Shown: piece by piece, positions 11,767-18,820 of the stretch
Position numbering within the stretch: the stretch's first letter is position 1
Layout of the letters: every line of letters begins with the position of its first letter
Source: Burkholderiales bacterium
GTDB taxonomy: Bacteria > Pseudomonadota > Gammaproteobacteria > Burkholderiales > SG8-39
Length of the DNA: 34,392 nucleotides
Direction of reading: 5' to 3'
NCBI GenBank assembly: GCA_035454645.1
Contig: DATIGR010000017.1
Span: 1 to 34,392 of the forward strand
Position numbers and translations under genes: made by a program
The notes under the pieces: generated by a model
Seen by the model: only the letters and a program-made list of their open reading frames with translations
Told to the model about the DNA's origin: nothing
The model's database searches: none

Positions 11767-13494
11767 TCAGGTGCTCTCCTTCGCTTCCTCGCCCCCGGCG
11801 GGCGCGTCGAACGGAACATTCGGCGGCGCGTCGTGCGGCACGCCGAGCAGACGAAGCGCGCCCTGCATGACCTGCGCGAACACCGGCGCCGCCACGATGC
11901 CGCCGTAGTGCTGCCCGGCCGAGGGCTCGTCGATCATCACCGCCACCACGAGGCGCGGAGCGCTCACGGGCGCAAGGCCGACGAAGGACGAGAGGTACTT
12001 GTCCTGGGCGTAGCCGCCGTTCTCCTGCTTGTGCGCGGTGCCGGTCTTGCCCGCCACCCGCCATCCCATGATGCGGGCGCGCGGGCCGGTCGCGCTCGGC
12101 TGCACTGCCTGCTCCAGCATGGCGCGCACCGCGCGCGCCGCCTCGGCCGACAGCACCTTCTCCCCGCTCACCGCGGCGCCTGTTTTGACCAGCGTGAGCG
12201 CGACCAATTCCCCGTCGCGCGCGAATACGGTGTAGGCGCGGGCGAGCTGCGCGAGGCTGAGCGAAATGCCCATGCCGTAGCCGAGCGTCGCCTGCTCGAT
12301 GGGCCGCCAGGTCTTGTAGTGGCGCAGCCGCCCGGCCGCGGCGCCGGGGAAGCCGAGCTCGGGCGCGGCGCCGAAGCCCACGCGCCGGTACAGGTCCCAC
12401 ATCGCTTCGCGCGGCAGCGCGAGCGCGATCTTCGCCGCGCCGACGTTGGACGAGCGCGCGAGCACCTGCCCGACGGTCAGCGCGGGCGCGGGGTGCAGGT
12501 CGCGGATGGTGTACCGGGCGAGCGTAAACGTGCCCGGCGCGGTGCTCACCACCGTCGCGCGGTTCACCCTGCCGCCTTCGATGGCGAGCGCGACGGTAAA
12601 GGGCTTGAGCGTCGAGCCCGGCTCGAACAGATCGGTGATCACCCGGTTGCGCAGCTGCGCGCCGGTCAGTCGCGCGCGGTTGTTCGGGTTGTAGGAAGGC
12701 ACGTTCGCGAGCGCGAGCACCTCGCCGCTGCGCACGTCGACCACGATCAGCGCTCCCGCCTTGGCGTGGTGGCTCTCGACCGCCGCCTTGAGCGCGCTGT
12801 AAGCGAGGCTCTGGATCTTGCTGTCGATGGAGAGCGCGAGGTCGGCGCCGTCCTGTCCGGAGCGGATCGACTCCACGTCCTCCACGATGCGCCCCAGCCG
12901 GTCGCGGATCACGCGCCGGCTGCCCGGCTTGCCGGCGAGGGTCGCCTGGTGGGCGAGCTCGATGCCTTCCTGGCCCGCGTCGTCCACGCCGGTGAACCCG
13001 ATCACGTGAGCAGTCACTTCACCGCCGGGGTAATAGCGGCGGTACTCCGGGTGCTGGTGTATCCCTTTCAAGCCGAGCGCCTGGACCGCCGCCGCGGTTT
13101 CCGGCGGCACCTGGCGCTTGAGGTAAACGAAGTCTTTCGAGGTATCGGCGAGCTTCCGGCGCAGCTCGAGAGCGGACATGGACAGCAGGGCGCTCAGCTT
13201 GCGGCGCTCGGCGCCGTCCGCATCCACGTCGGCGGGAATCGCCCAGATCGACTTCACCGGCGTGGAGACCGCGAGCGCCTCGCCGTTGCGGTCGAGGATC
13301 CGACCGCGCGTCGCCGGGATCTCGAGCAGCCGCGAATAGCGCGCGTCGCCCTTCTCCTGCAGGAAGTCGGTGCGCACCGCCTGGAGGTACACGGCACGGA
13401 CCGCAAGCACGGCGAAGCCGGCGGCGAGCGCCGCGAGCACCAAGCGGGCGCGCCACACCGGCAGGCGCACCAGGCCCTGCGCCGGGCTGCTCAC
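11767..13494 (-). CDS. ftsI: Peptidoglycan D,D-transpeptidase FtsI (PBP3)
   Basis: 575-aa ORF whose start codon is GTG (cac 13492-13494), forming a GTGA overlap with the ftsL stop. It has an N-terminal TM and the class B PBP motifs STLKP (SxxK), SSN and KTGT. Confidence 0.95.
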   Translation of the reverse strand: MSSPAQGLVRLPVWRARLVLAALAAGFAVLAVRAVYLQAVRTDFLQEKGDARYSRLLEIPATRGRILDRNGEALAVSTPVKSIWAIPADVDADGAERRKLSALLSMSALELRRKLADTSKDFVYLKRQVPPETAAAVQALGLKGIHQHPEYRRYYPGGEVTAHVIGFTGVDDAGQEGIELAHQATLAGKPGSRRVIRDRLGRIVEDVESIRSGQDGADLALSIDSKIQSLAYSALKAAVESHHAKAGALIVVDVRSGEVLALANVPSYNPNNRARLTGAQLRNRVITDLFEPGSTLKPFTVALAIEGGRVNRATVVSTAPGTFTLARYTIRDLHPAPALTVGQVLARSSNVGAAKIALALPREAMWDLYRRVGFGAAPELGFPGAAAGRLRHYKTWRPIEQATLGYGMGISLSLAQLARAYTVFARDGELVALTLVKTGAAVSGEKVLSAEAARAVRAMLEQAVQPSATGPRARIMGWRVAGKTGTAHKQENGGYAQDKYLSSFVGLAPVSAPRLVVAVMIDEPSAGQHYGGIVAAPVFAQVMQGALRLLGVPHDAPPNVPFDAPAGGEEAKEST

Positions 13495-13763
13495 CGCCCC
13501 GCGTCTCGCCCGATGAGGCGTACGCGCCGCGGATCGGCCGGGCGCAGGCCGAGCGAGCGCGTGGCGAGTCGTTCGACGCGCGCATGCAGGCTCCAGGTGC
13601 TCGCCTCGAGCTGCAGGCGCCCGAACTCGGCCTCGAGCTCGCGCGCGGCCGCCTGCTCACGCTCGAGCTGCGAGAACGCGCGCCTCGCCTTGTGCTGCGA
13701 AGTGACGAGCCCGAGCGCGCAGGCGACGAGAACCGCGAGGAGGAGGAGGTTCAGTTTCGCCAC
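13491..13763 (-). CDS. ftsL: Cell division protein FtsL
   Basis: 90-aa ORF with a GTG start (cac 13761-13763), 13 nt inside rsmH. It has one TM ([15 protein letters not shown]) followed by a coiled-coil-like segment ([21 protein letters not shown]). It sits between rsmH and ftsI. Confidence 0.85.
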   Translation of the reverse strand: MAKLNLLLLAVLVACALGLVTSQHKARRAFSQLEREQAAARELEAEFGRLQLEASTWSLHARVERLATRSLGLRPADPRRVRLIGRDAGR

Positions 13764-14701
13764 CGCGCGTCGGGCTCGATCCGTGAAGACGGCATGGAAT
13801 AAGGGGCCGCGGTGCGCTCGGCCACCCGGAGGGTGGCGCTTCGCGCCCGCGGGTTTCTTGTTGTCTCTTGGCGGGAAGCGCGCTGCGCACGTCCCACGAT
13901 TCTCAAGGCAGGCTGTGGCATTTCGCTGGCACGCAGCGGCAATCGGCGGGGCACCTCGGGGCGCGCCAGGGCCTGCAGGAAGCGCTTCACGATGCGGTCC
14001 TCGAGCGAATGGAAGCTGATCACCGCGAGGCGGCCCTGCGGCGCGAGCCGCGCCACCGCCTTGGGCAGCATCAGCGACACTTCCTCAAGCTCCCGATTGA
14101 CGTGAATCCGTACAGCCTGAAAGGTGCGCGTCGCCGGATCCTGGCCCGGCTCCCGTGTGCGGACCGCGCGAGCCACGAGATCGGCCAGTTGCCGGGTGCG
14201 GACGAGGGGTTCGCTGCGGCGCGCAGCAACAATCGCCGCTGCAATCTGTTGAGCAAACCGTTCTTCGCCATAGTCCCTGATCACCCTCCCGATTTCTTTT
14301 TCTTCTGCGGTCGCGAGCCACTCAGCGGCGCTCATGCCCGCCTCCGGATCCATGCGCATGTCGAGCGGGCCGTCGTGGCGAAACGAGAACCCGCGCGCCG
14401 GGTCGTCGAGTTGCGGCGACGACACGCCCAGGTCGAACAGCATTCCCTGGACCCCCGCGGGCACCGTCTCGAGCTGCGAGAACTTCGCCTTGAAAAAGCT
14501 GAAGCGCGCATCGGCGATGGCGCGCGCCGCCTCGGCGGCCTGCGGATCGCGGTCGAGCGCAATCAGGCGCCCGGAAGGCCCCAGGCGCTCCAGGATCAGG
14601 CGGCTGTGGCCGCCGCGGCCGAAGGTGCCGTCCACATAGGTGCCCTCGGGACGCACCGCGAGCGCCTCGATCGCTTCGCGCGCGAGAACCGGCTCGTGCA
14701 T
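13751..14701 (-). CDS. rsmH: 16S rRNA (cytosine1402-N4)-methyltransferase
   Basis: 316-aa ORF with an ATG at 14701. It reads [14 protein letters not shown]...[12 protein letters not shown] (SAM motif)...[10 protein letters not shown]...[11 protein letters not shown]. Confidence 0.95.
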   Translation of the reverse strand: MHEPVLAREAIEALAVRPEGTYVDGTFGRGGHSRLILERLGPSGRLIALDRDPQAAEAARAIADARFSFFKAKFSQLETVPAGVQGMLFDLGVSSPQLDDPARGFSFRHDGPLDMRMDPEAGMSAAEWLATAEEKEIGRVIRDYGEERFAQQIAAAIVAARRSEPLVRTRQLADLVARAVRTREPGQDPATRTFQAVRIHVNRELEEVSLMLPKAVARLAPQGRLAVISFHSLEDRIVKRFLQALARPEVPRRLPLRASEMPQPALRIVGRAQRASRQETTRNPRARSATLRVAERTAAPYSMPSSRIEPDARWRN

Positions 14702-14710
14702 CGCAGGCGC

Positions 14711-14750
14711 TCAAAGGAAGAAGTCCTCGCTCACAGGGAGAAGTCCTCCA
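14711..14750 (-). repeat. 20-bp tandem duplication spanning the mraZ stop codon
   Basis: Plus-strand 14711-14730 (tcaaaggaagaagtcctcgc) matches 14731-14750 (tcacagggagaagtcctcca) at 16 of 20 positions. On the coding strand this reads GAGGACTTCTCCCTGTGA (EDFSL*), then GC, then GAGGACTTCTTCCTTTGA. Confidence 0.7.
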
Positions 14751-15180
14751 TCCCGGGGGGCGGCGTCGCCGACCCGGCGAGCGCCTGGTTCAGCTTCGCC
14801 GACCACACGCCCGCGTCCCAAAGCTCGAAGTAGTGGCCCTGTCCGACCATCATCGCCTCGCGCTCGAGCTTGGCGTGCTGGCGCAGCGCGGGCGCGAGCA
14901 GGATGCGGCCCGAGCCGTCGGGCTCGACGTGCGCCTCGAAGCCGAGCAGCAGCCGCTTCCACCAGCTCGCCGTGGGGTCGAAGCTCGGAAACCTCTCCAC
15001 GCGCGCGCGCACCGGCTCCCAGGCCGATTCGGGATAGATGAGAACGCAGCCCTCGGGATGGGCGGTGAGAACCAGCGATTTGGCGCCGTCGAGAAGCGCG
15101 CCGCGATGGCGCGTGGGCACGGCGACGCGCCCCTTGGCGTCGAGCGTGATGACCGCCGCTCCGTGAAACGCCACTCCCAT
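14731..15180 (-). CDS. mraZ: Transcriptional regulator MraZ
   Basis: The homologous N-terminus begins at ATG 15180 (MGVAFHGAAVITLDAKGRVAVPTRHR...). There are two SpoVT/AbrB-like halves (DAKGRVAVP and DGSGRILLAP). Length is 149 aa. The track's extension to 15216 (a GTG start, AKGRRRWEKSH) lies in the promoter/operator and is rejected. Confidence 0.93.
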   Translation of the reverse strand: MGVAFHGAAVITLDAKGRVAVPTRHRGALLDGAKSLVLTAHPEGCVLIYPESAWEPVRARVERFPSFDPTASWWKRLLLGFEAHVEPDGSGRILLAPALRQHAKLEREAMMVGQGHYFELWDAGVWSAKLNQALAGSATPPPGMEDFSL

Positions 15181-15191
15181 ATGGCTTTTTT

Positions 15192-15216
15192 CCCACCTTC
15201 TCCTACCTTTTGCCAC
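15192..15216 (-). promoter_or_regulatory. Candidate MraZ operator: three pentamer boxes with exact 10-nt phasing
   Basis: The coding-strand sequence is GTGGC-aaaag-GTAGG-agaag-GTGGG-aaaaa. The boxes lie at 15216-15212, 15206-15202 and 15196-15192, between the predicted -10 and the mraZ ATG. Confidence 0.5.
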
Positions 15217-15243
15217 TCTACGTACAAAGGGTTAGGTGGTCAA
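15215..15243 (-). promoter_or_regulatory. Sigma70-type promoter for mraZ/dcw (Pmra-like)
   Basis: On the minus strand there is TTGACC (15243-15238), a 17-nt spacer, then TAGAGT (15220-15215). The predicted TSS is near 15208, about 27 nt upstream of the mraZ ATG. Confidence 0.55.
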
Positions 15244-15304
15244 GCGGGAATTTCCAGCCGCGACAATGACTTACGACGGTTTCTTCTGTAATAAAATCTG
15301 ATAC

Positions 15305-15332
15305 ATAACTATCTTTATTTTCAGATAGTTAT
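15305..15332. promoter_or_regulatory. Perfect 10-bp inverted repeat (candidate operator) in the divergent control region
   Basis: The repeat is ATAACTATCT (15305-15314), N8 (ttattttc), then AGATAGTTAT (15323-15332). It sits in the AT-rich 220-bp gap between mraZ and the CoA-transferase genes. Confidence 0.5.
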
Positions 15333-15400
15333 CGACATGATTGAAAGTCAAGTGTTAGAAGAATGAGGTAAGAAGGTGGGTGTCATAATTCACGCCGCGC

Positions 15401-16060
15401 ATGATCAACAAGTTCGTCTCCTCCCCCGAAGCCGCCCTCGCCGACGTCCCGGACGGCGCCACCATCATGATCCACGGCTTCGGCAACGCCGGCATGCCGA
15501 CGGCGCTGATCGATGCGCTGATCGCCCAGGGCGCAAGCGACCTCACCATCGTCAACAACAACGCCGGCAACGCCGACGCCGGGCTCGCCGCGCTGATCGG
15601 CGCGCGCCGCGTGCGCAAGATCCTGTGCTCGTTTCCGCGCCAGACCGATTCCTGGCACTTCGACCGGCTCTATCGCGCGGGCGAGATCGAGCTCGAGCTC
15701 GTGCCGCAGGGAACGCTCGCCGAGCGCATCCGCGCCGCCGGGGCGGGAATCGGCGCGTTCTTCACGCCGACCGCGTACGGCACCAGGCTCGCCGAAGGCA
15801 AGGAGACGCGGCGCATCGGCAGCCGCGATTACGTGCTCGAGTATCCGATCCACGCCGACTACGCGCTCGTCAAGGCCGACCGCGCCGACCGCTGGGGCAA
15901 CCTCACCTACCGCAAGACTGCGCGCAACTTCGGCCCGATCATGGCGGCGGCGGCGAAGTGCACCGTGGTGCAGGTGCGCGAGACCGTCGAGCTCGGCGCG
16001 ATCGATCCCGAGCACGTGGTCACGCCGGGAATCTTCGTCAAGAGAATCGTCAAGCACTGA
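15401..16060 (+). CDS. 3-oxoacid/3-oxoadipate CoA-transferase subunit A (PcaI/ScoA family)
   Basis: 219-aa ORF, MINKFVSSPEAALADVPDGATIMIHGFGNAGMP...TIVNNNAGN...CSFPRQ...VPQGTLAERIRAAGAGIGAFFTPT...RWGNLTYRKTARNFGPIMA. From memory it is very close to Pseudomonas PcaI. The ATG is the first start after an in-frame taa at 15386-15388. Confidence 0.9.
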   Translation: MINKFVSSPEAALADVPDGATIMIHGFGNAGMPTALIDALIAQGASDLTIVNNNAGNADAGLAALIGARRVRKILCSFPRQTDSWHFDRLYRAGEIELELVPQGTLAERIRAAGAGIGAFFTPTAYGTRLAEGKETRRIGSRDYVLEYPIHADYALVKADRADRWGNLTYRKTARNFGPIMAAAAKCTVVQVRETVELGAIDPEHVVTPGIFVKRIVKH

Positions 16061-16722
16061 TGAAAAAGCTCGACCGCAAGCAGATGGCCGCGCGCGTGGC
16101 GCGCGACATTCCCGAGGGCTCCTACGTGAACCTCGGCATCGGCCTGCCGACGCTGGTCGCCGACTTCCTGCCCGCATCTGGCAAATCGGGGCGCGAGATC
16201 ATTGTGCACAGCGAAAACGGCGTGCTCGGCGTCGGGCCGAAGCCCGCGCCCGGCGAGGAGGACGAGGACCTGATCAACGCCGGCAAGGAGCCGGTGACGC
16301 TGCTCACCGGCGGCTGCTATTTCCACCACGCCGACTCGTTCGGCATGATCCGCGGCCGCCACCTCGATTTCGCGATCCTCGGCGCTTTCCAGGTCTCGGC
16401 GGCCGGCGACCTCGCCAACTGGCACACCGGGGCGCCCGACGCGATCCCCGCGGTCGGCGGCGCGATGGACCTCGCGGTCGGCGCGAAGAAGGTGCTCGTC
16501 ATGATGGAGCACCTCACCAAGAGCGGCGAGAGCAAGATCGTCGAGCGCTGCACCTACCCGCTTACAGGCGCGCGCTGCGTCGACCGCATCTACACCGATC
16601 TCGCCGTGATCGACGTCAAGGCCGACGGCCTTCACGTCGTAGATGTTGTTGAGAACTTAAGCTTTGAGGAACTCCAGCGCCTGACGGGCGTTCCGCTGAA
16701 ACGCCTCGCGAGCGCGGCCTAG
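16060..16722 (+). CDS. 3-oxoacid/3-oxoadipate CoA-transferase subunit B (PcaJ/ScoB family)
   Basis: The ATG at 16060 shares 1 nt with the subunit A stop (TGATG). The 220-aa protein reads MKKLDRKQMAARVARDIPEGSYVNLGIGLPT...IVHSENGVLG (the SENG catalytic-Glu motif)...GGAMDL. The track ORF is over-extended to 15376. Confidence 0.9.
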   Translation: MKKLDRKQMAARVARDIPEGSYVNLGIGLPTLVADFLPASGKSGREIIVHSENGVLGVGPKPAPGEEDEDLINAGKEPVTLLTGGCYFHHADSFGMIRGRHLDFAILGAFQVSAAGDLANWHTGAPDAIPAVGGAMDLAVGAKKVLVMMEHLTKSGESKIVERCTYPLTGARCVDRIYTDLAVIDVKADGLHVVDVVENLSFEELQRLTGVPLKRLASAA

Positions 16723-16723
16723 G

Positions 16724-18751
16724 TCAGCCGATGTCGCGCCGCGCCTGGGCGATGGCGCCGGCGAGGTCCTCCGGGCGCGTCGATTCGGCTGCGGCGGTTT
16801 CGGCCGCGGGCAGGTCCTTCGGCGGCGCAATCCGGTTGTGGCGCGCGATGGCCCAGATTAGGGCGACGAGGGTGATCGCGGCGCTCCCCCAGACCAGCGT
16901 GTCGTTCGGATGGAACAGGGTGGTGAACGCAGCCGCCGCGATGAGGAGGCGCGCCACGGCATCGCCGTTCCAGCTCTCGATGCAGCGCCCGAACATCGCG
17001 AAAGAGACGCCGCAGGTGCCGACGGTCACCACCAGGACGTCGCCGATCTGCCCCCAGCCGGGCTTCACCGCCATCGCCGAGCGGGTGAAGATCGCGAAGG
17101 TCATGAGCGTGATCGGCAGGCAGATCTTCAGCGCCTCCCACATGGTGCGCATGAACGACGCGTTGGCGATGCGCGCCGACACCGCCGCGGTGAGCGAGGT
17201 CGGCGGCGAGAGCTCGCCCCAGACCGACAGGAAGAACACGAAGAAGTGCGCGACCCAGGGATTGATCCCGAGCTTGGTCATCGGCGGCACGATGATCACC
17301 GCGCCGACGATGTAGGTGGCGGTCGGCGGCAGGCCGGTGCCGAGCAGCCAGCCGAACACCCAGGCCATCAGGATCATGGCGATGATGTTCCAGGCGCCGA
17401 TGTCGAGCAGCATCGCGCCCATCCGGTTGATGAAGCCCGTGACCGTGAACAGCCCGATCATGATGCCGAGCGTGGCGAGCAGCAGCGTCAGGTAGGACGT
17501 CATTTCGGCGTGCGTCTCGATCGCGCGCCGGATGCTGCGGAACAGCGTCTCGCGCTCGAGGAACGGGTCCCGGCGCAGGTACTTGAACCAGAGAAAGACC
17601 GCGACCAGCACCACGAACATCAGGCTCGCGGTATGGACCGCCGCGCGCAGCTCGCCCTTGCCGGCGAAACCGAGCAGATAGATGAGATAGGCCACGGCGC
17701 CGAAGAAGATGCCTGTCGTCACCTTCTCGTAGAGCGGCACCTGCGGCTTCTCGATCGCGCCGCGCGGCATCAGGCGCACCGACAGGAGGTAGATCGCCAC
17801 GCCGATCGAGAAATAGTAGATGAAGGCGAAGCCGAAGCCGCGCAGCACCACGTCCCAGTAGGGCACGCCGAGGAATTCCGCCATCAGGAACGCCGCGGCG
17901 CCCATCATCGGCGGCAGGATCAGCCCGCCCATCGACGCCGAGGTCTCGACCGCGGCCGCGAAGGTCGGCGGCACGCCGTAGCGGACCATCAGGGGAATGG
18001 TGATGGCGCCGACCACGGCGGCGTTGGCCGAGCCGCTGCCGCTGATCAGCCCGATCGCGCTCGATCCCAGCACCGCGGTCTGCGGCATCAGGCGCCTGGA
18101 GCGCGTGATCAGCCGCACGACGTTGATCATCGCGTGCTGCGCATTGAAGCCGTTGGCGACGCCCGCCATCAGCAGGAAGGCGGCGATCAGGGTGAGCGCA
18201 AGCTGGCCGTAGATGCCGTAGATGCCGGTGGAGAACTCGATCGTGCTCGAGGTGACGACCCGCTCGAAGGTCGTCCCGGGATGCCAGAAGAAGTCGAGCG
18301 AGCGCGGAAACAGGTAGCCGTAGAGCGTATAGACGATCATCACGACATTGGTCCAGAAGAGGACCGGATGGGCGAGGCGCGTCAGCTCCATCACCAGCAG
18401 GAACACGAGCAGCCCGACGATGTAGTCGTGGCGCGTGTAGGTGCCCTGGCTGTAGATCGCGATCCTCTCGTATTCCGTCAGGAAGTAGCCGAACGAATAG
18501 GCGCAAATCGCCACGTAGAAAACGACGAGGGCGGCGTTGGCGGCCAGCGGAAGTCGCTGGTACAGGCGGCGCTGCTGGCACATGAAAAGGATCTGCAGGA
18601 CCAGGGCGAACGGGATCAGGCGCGCGGCGAGCTCGAGCGCGCCGCCGAGGCCCGTGTAGAAGTACCAGACCAGCCAGACGACGAACGTGAGCGAGACGGC
18701 GAACGTCAGGTTGCCGAGATTGGCGTGCGCCTTGACGCGCTCGATCAGCAC
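16724..18751 (-). CDS. TRAP transporter, fused 4TM/12TM permease (TAXI-associated type)
   Basis: 675-aa highly hydrophobic ORF with DctM-like blocks (GLISGSGSANAAVVGAITIPLM; ASMGGLILPPMMGAAAF). It lies directly downstream of a TAXI receptor gene. The start is GTG (cac 18749-18751), preceded by GGAGGA 8 nt upstream. Confidence 0.85.
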   Translation of the reverse strand: MLIERVKAHANLGNLTFAVSLTFVVWLVWYFYTGLGGALELAARLIPFALVLQILFMCQQRRLYQRLPLAANAALVVFYVAICAYSFGYFLTEYERIAIYSQGTYTRHDYIVGLLVFLLVMELTRLAHPVLFWTNVVMIVYTLYGYLFPRSLDFFWHPGTTFERVVTSSTIEFSTGIYGIYGQLALTLIAAFLLMAGVANGFNAQHAMINVVRLITRSRRLMPQTAVLGSSAIGLISGSGSANAAVVGAITIPLMVRYGVPPTFAAAVETSASMGGLILPPMMGAAAFLMAEFLGVPYWDVVLRGFGFAFIYYFSIGVAIYLLSVRLMPRGAIEKPQVPLYEKVTTGIFFGAVAYLIYLLGFAGKGELRAAVHTASLMFVVLVAVFLWFKYLRRDPFLERETLFRSIRRAIETHAEMTSYLTLLLATLGIMIGLFTVTGFINRMGAMLLDIGAWNIIAMILMAWVFGWLLGTGLPPTATYIVGAVIIVPPMTKLGINPWVAHFFVFFLSVWGELSPPTSLTAAVSARIANASFMRTMWEALKICLPITLMTFAIFTRSAMAVKPGWGQIGDVLVVTVGTCGVSFAMFGRCIESWNGDAVARLLIAAAAFTTLFHPNDTLVWGSAAITLVALIWAIARHNRIAPPKDLPAAETAAAESTRPEDLAGAIAQARRDIG

Positions 18752-18770
18752 CGAAGCTTCCTCCCCTGTG

Positions 18771-18795
18771 CGGCCGGCGCGCCCGGCGCCGGCCG
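18771..18795 (-). promoter_or_regulatory. Intercistronic GC hairpin between the TAXI receptor and permease genes
   Basis: A 10-bp all-G:C stem (cggccggcgc paired with gcgccggccg) with a 5-nt loop (gcccg). It starts 26 nt after the receptor stop and ends just before the permease SD. No U-tract follows it. Confidence 0.5.
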
Positions 18796-18820
18796 TCTCC
18801 CGGACGCCTTGCCTACGCGG

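Noticed and set aside
11833-14019. A 728-aa plus-strand ORF. Similar long plus-strand ORFs run across the dcw cluster (88-1326, 2155-3201, 2997-4565, 4382-5506, 5623-6621, 6408-7709, 7706-9247, 9016-10437, 10443-11870).
   Set aside because: All are antisense or off-frame to strongly supported dcw genes, and all have Arg/Ala/Pro/Gly-dominated translations with no recognisable domains.
15181-15216. An N-terminal extension of MraZ (GTG 15216, AKGRRRWEKSH).
   Set aside because: MraZ homology starts at ATG 15180. The extension coincides with the predicted -10 and the operator boxes.
15266-15366. Tiny upstream ORFs in the AT-rich leader (MTYDGFFCNKI at 15266-15301 and MIESQVLEE at 15337-15366) that might be leader peptides.
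   Set aside because: They have no SD and no regulatory codon pattern, and ORFs this short arise by chance in AT-rich DNA.
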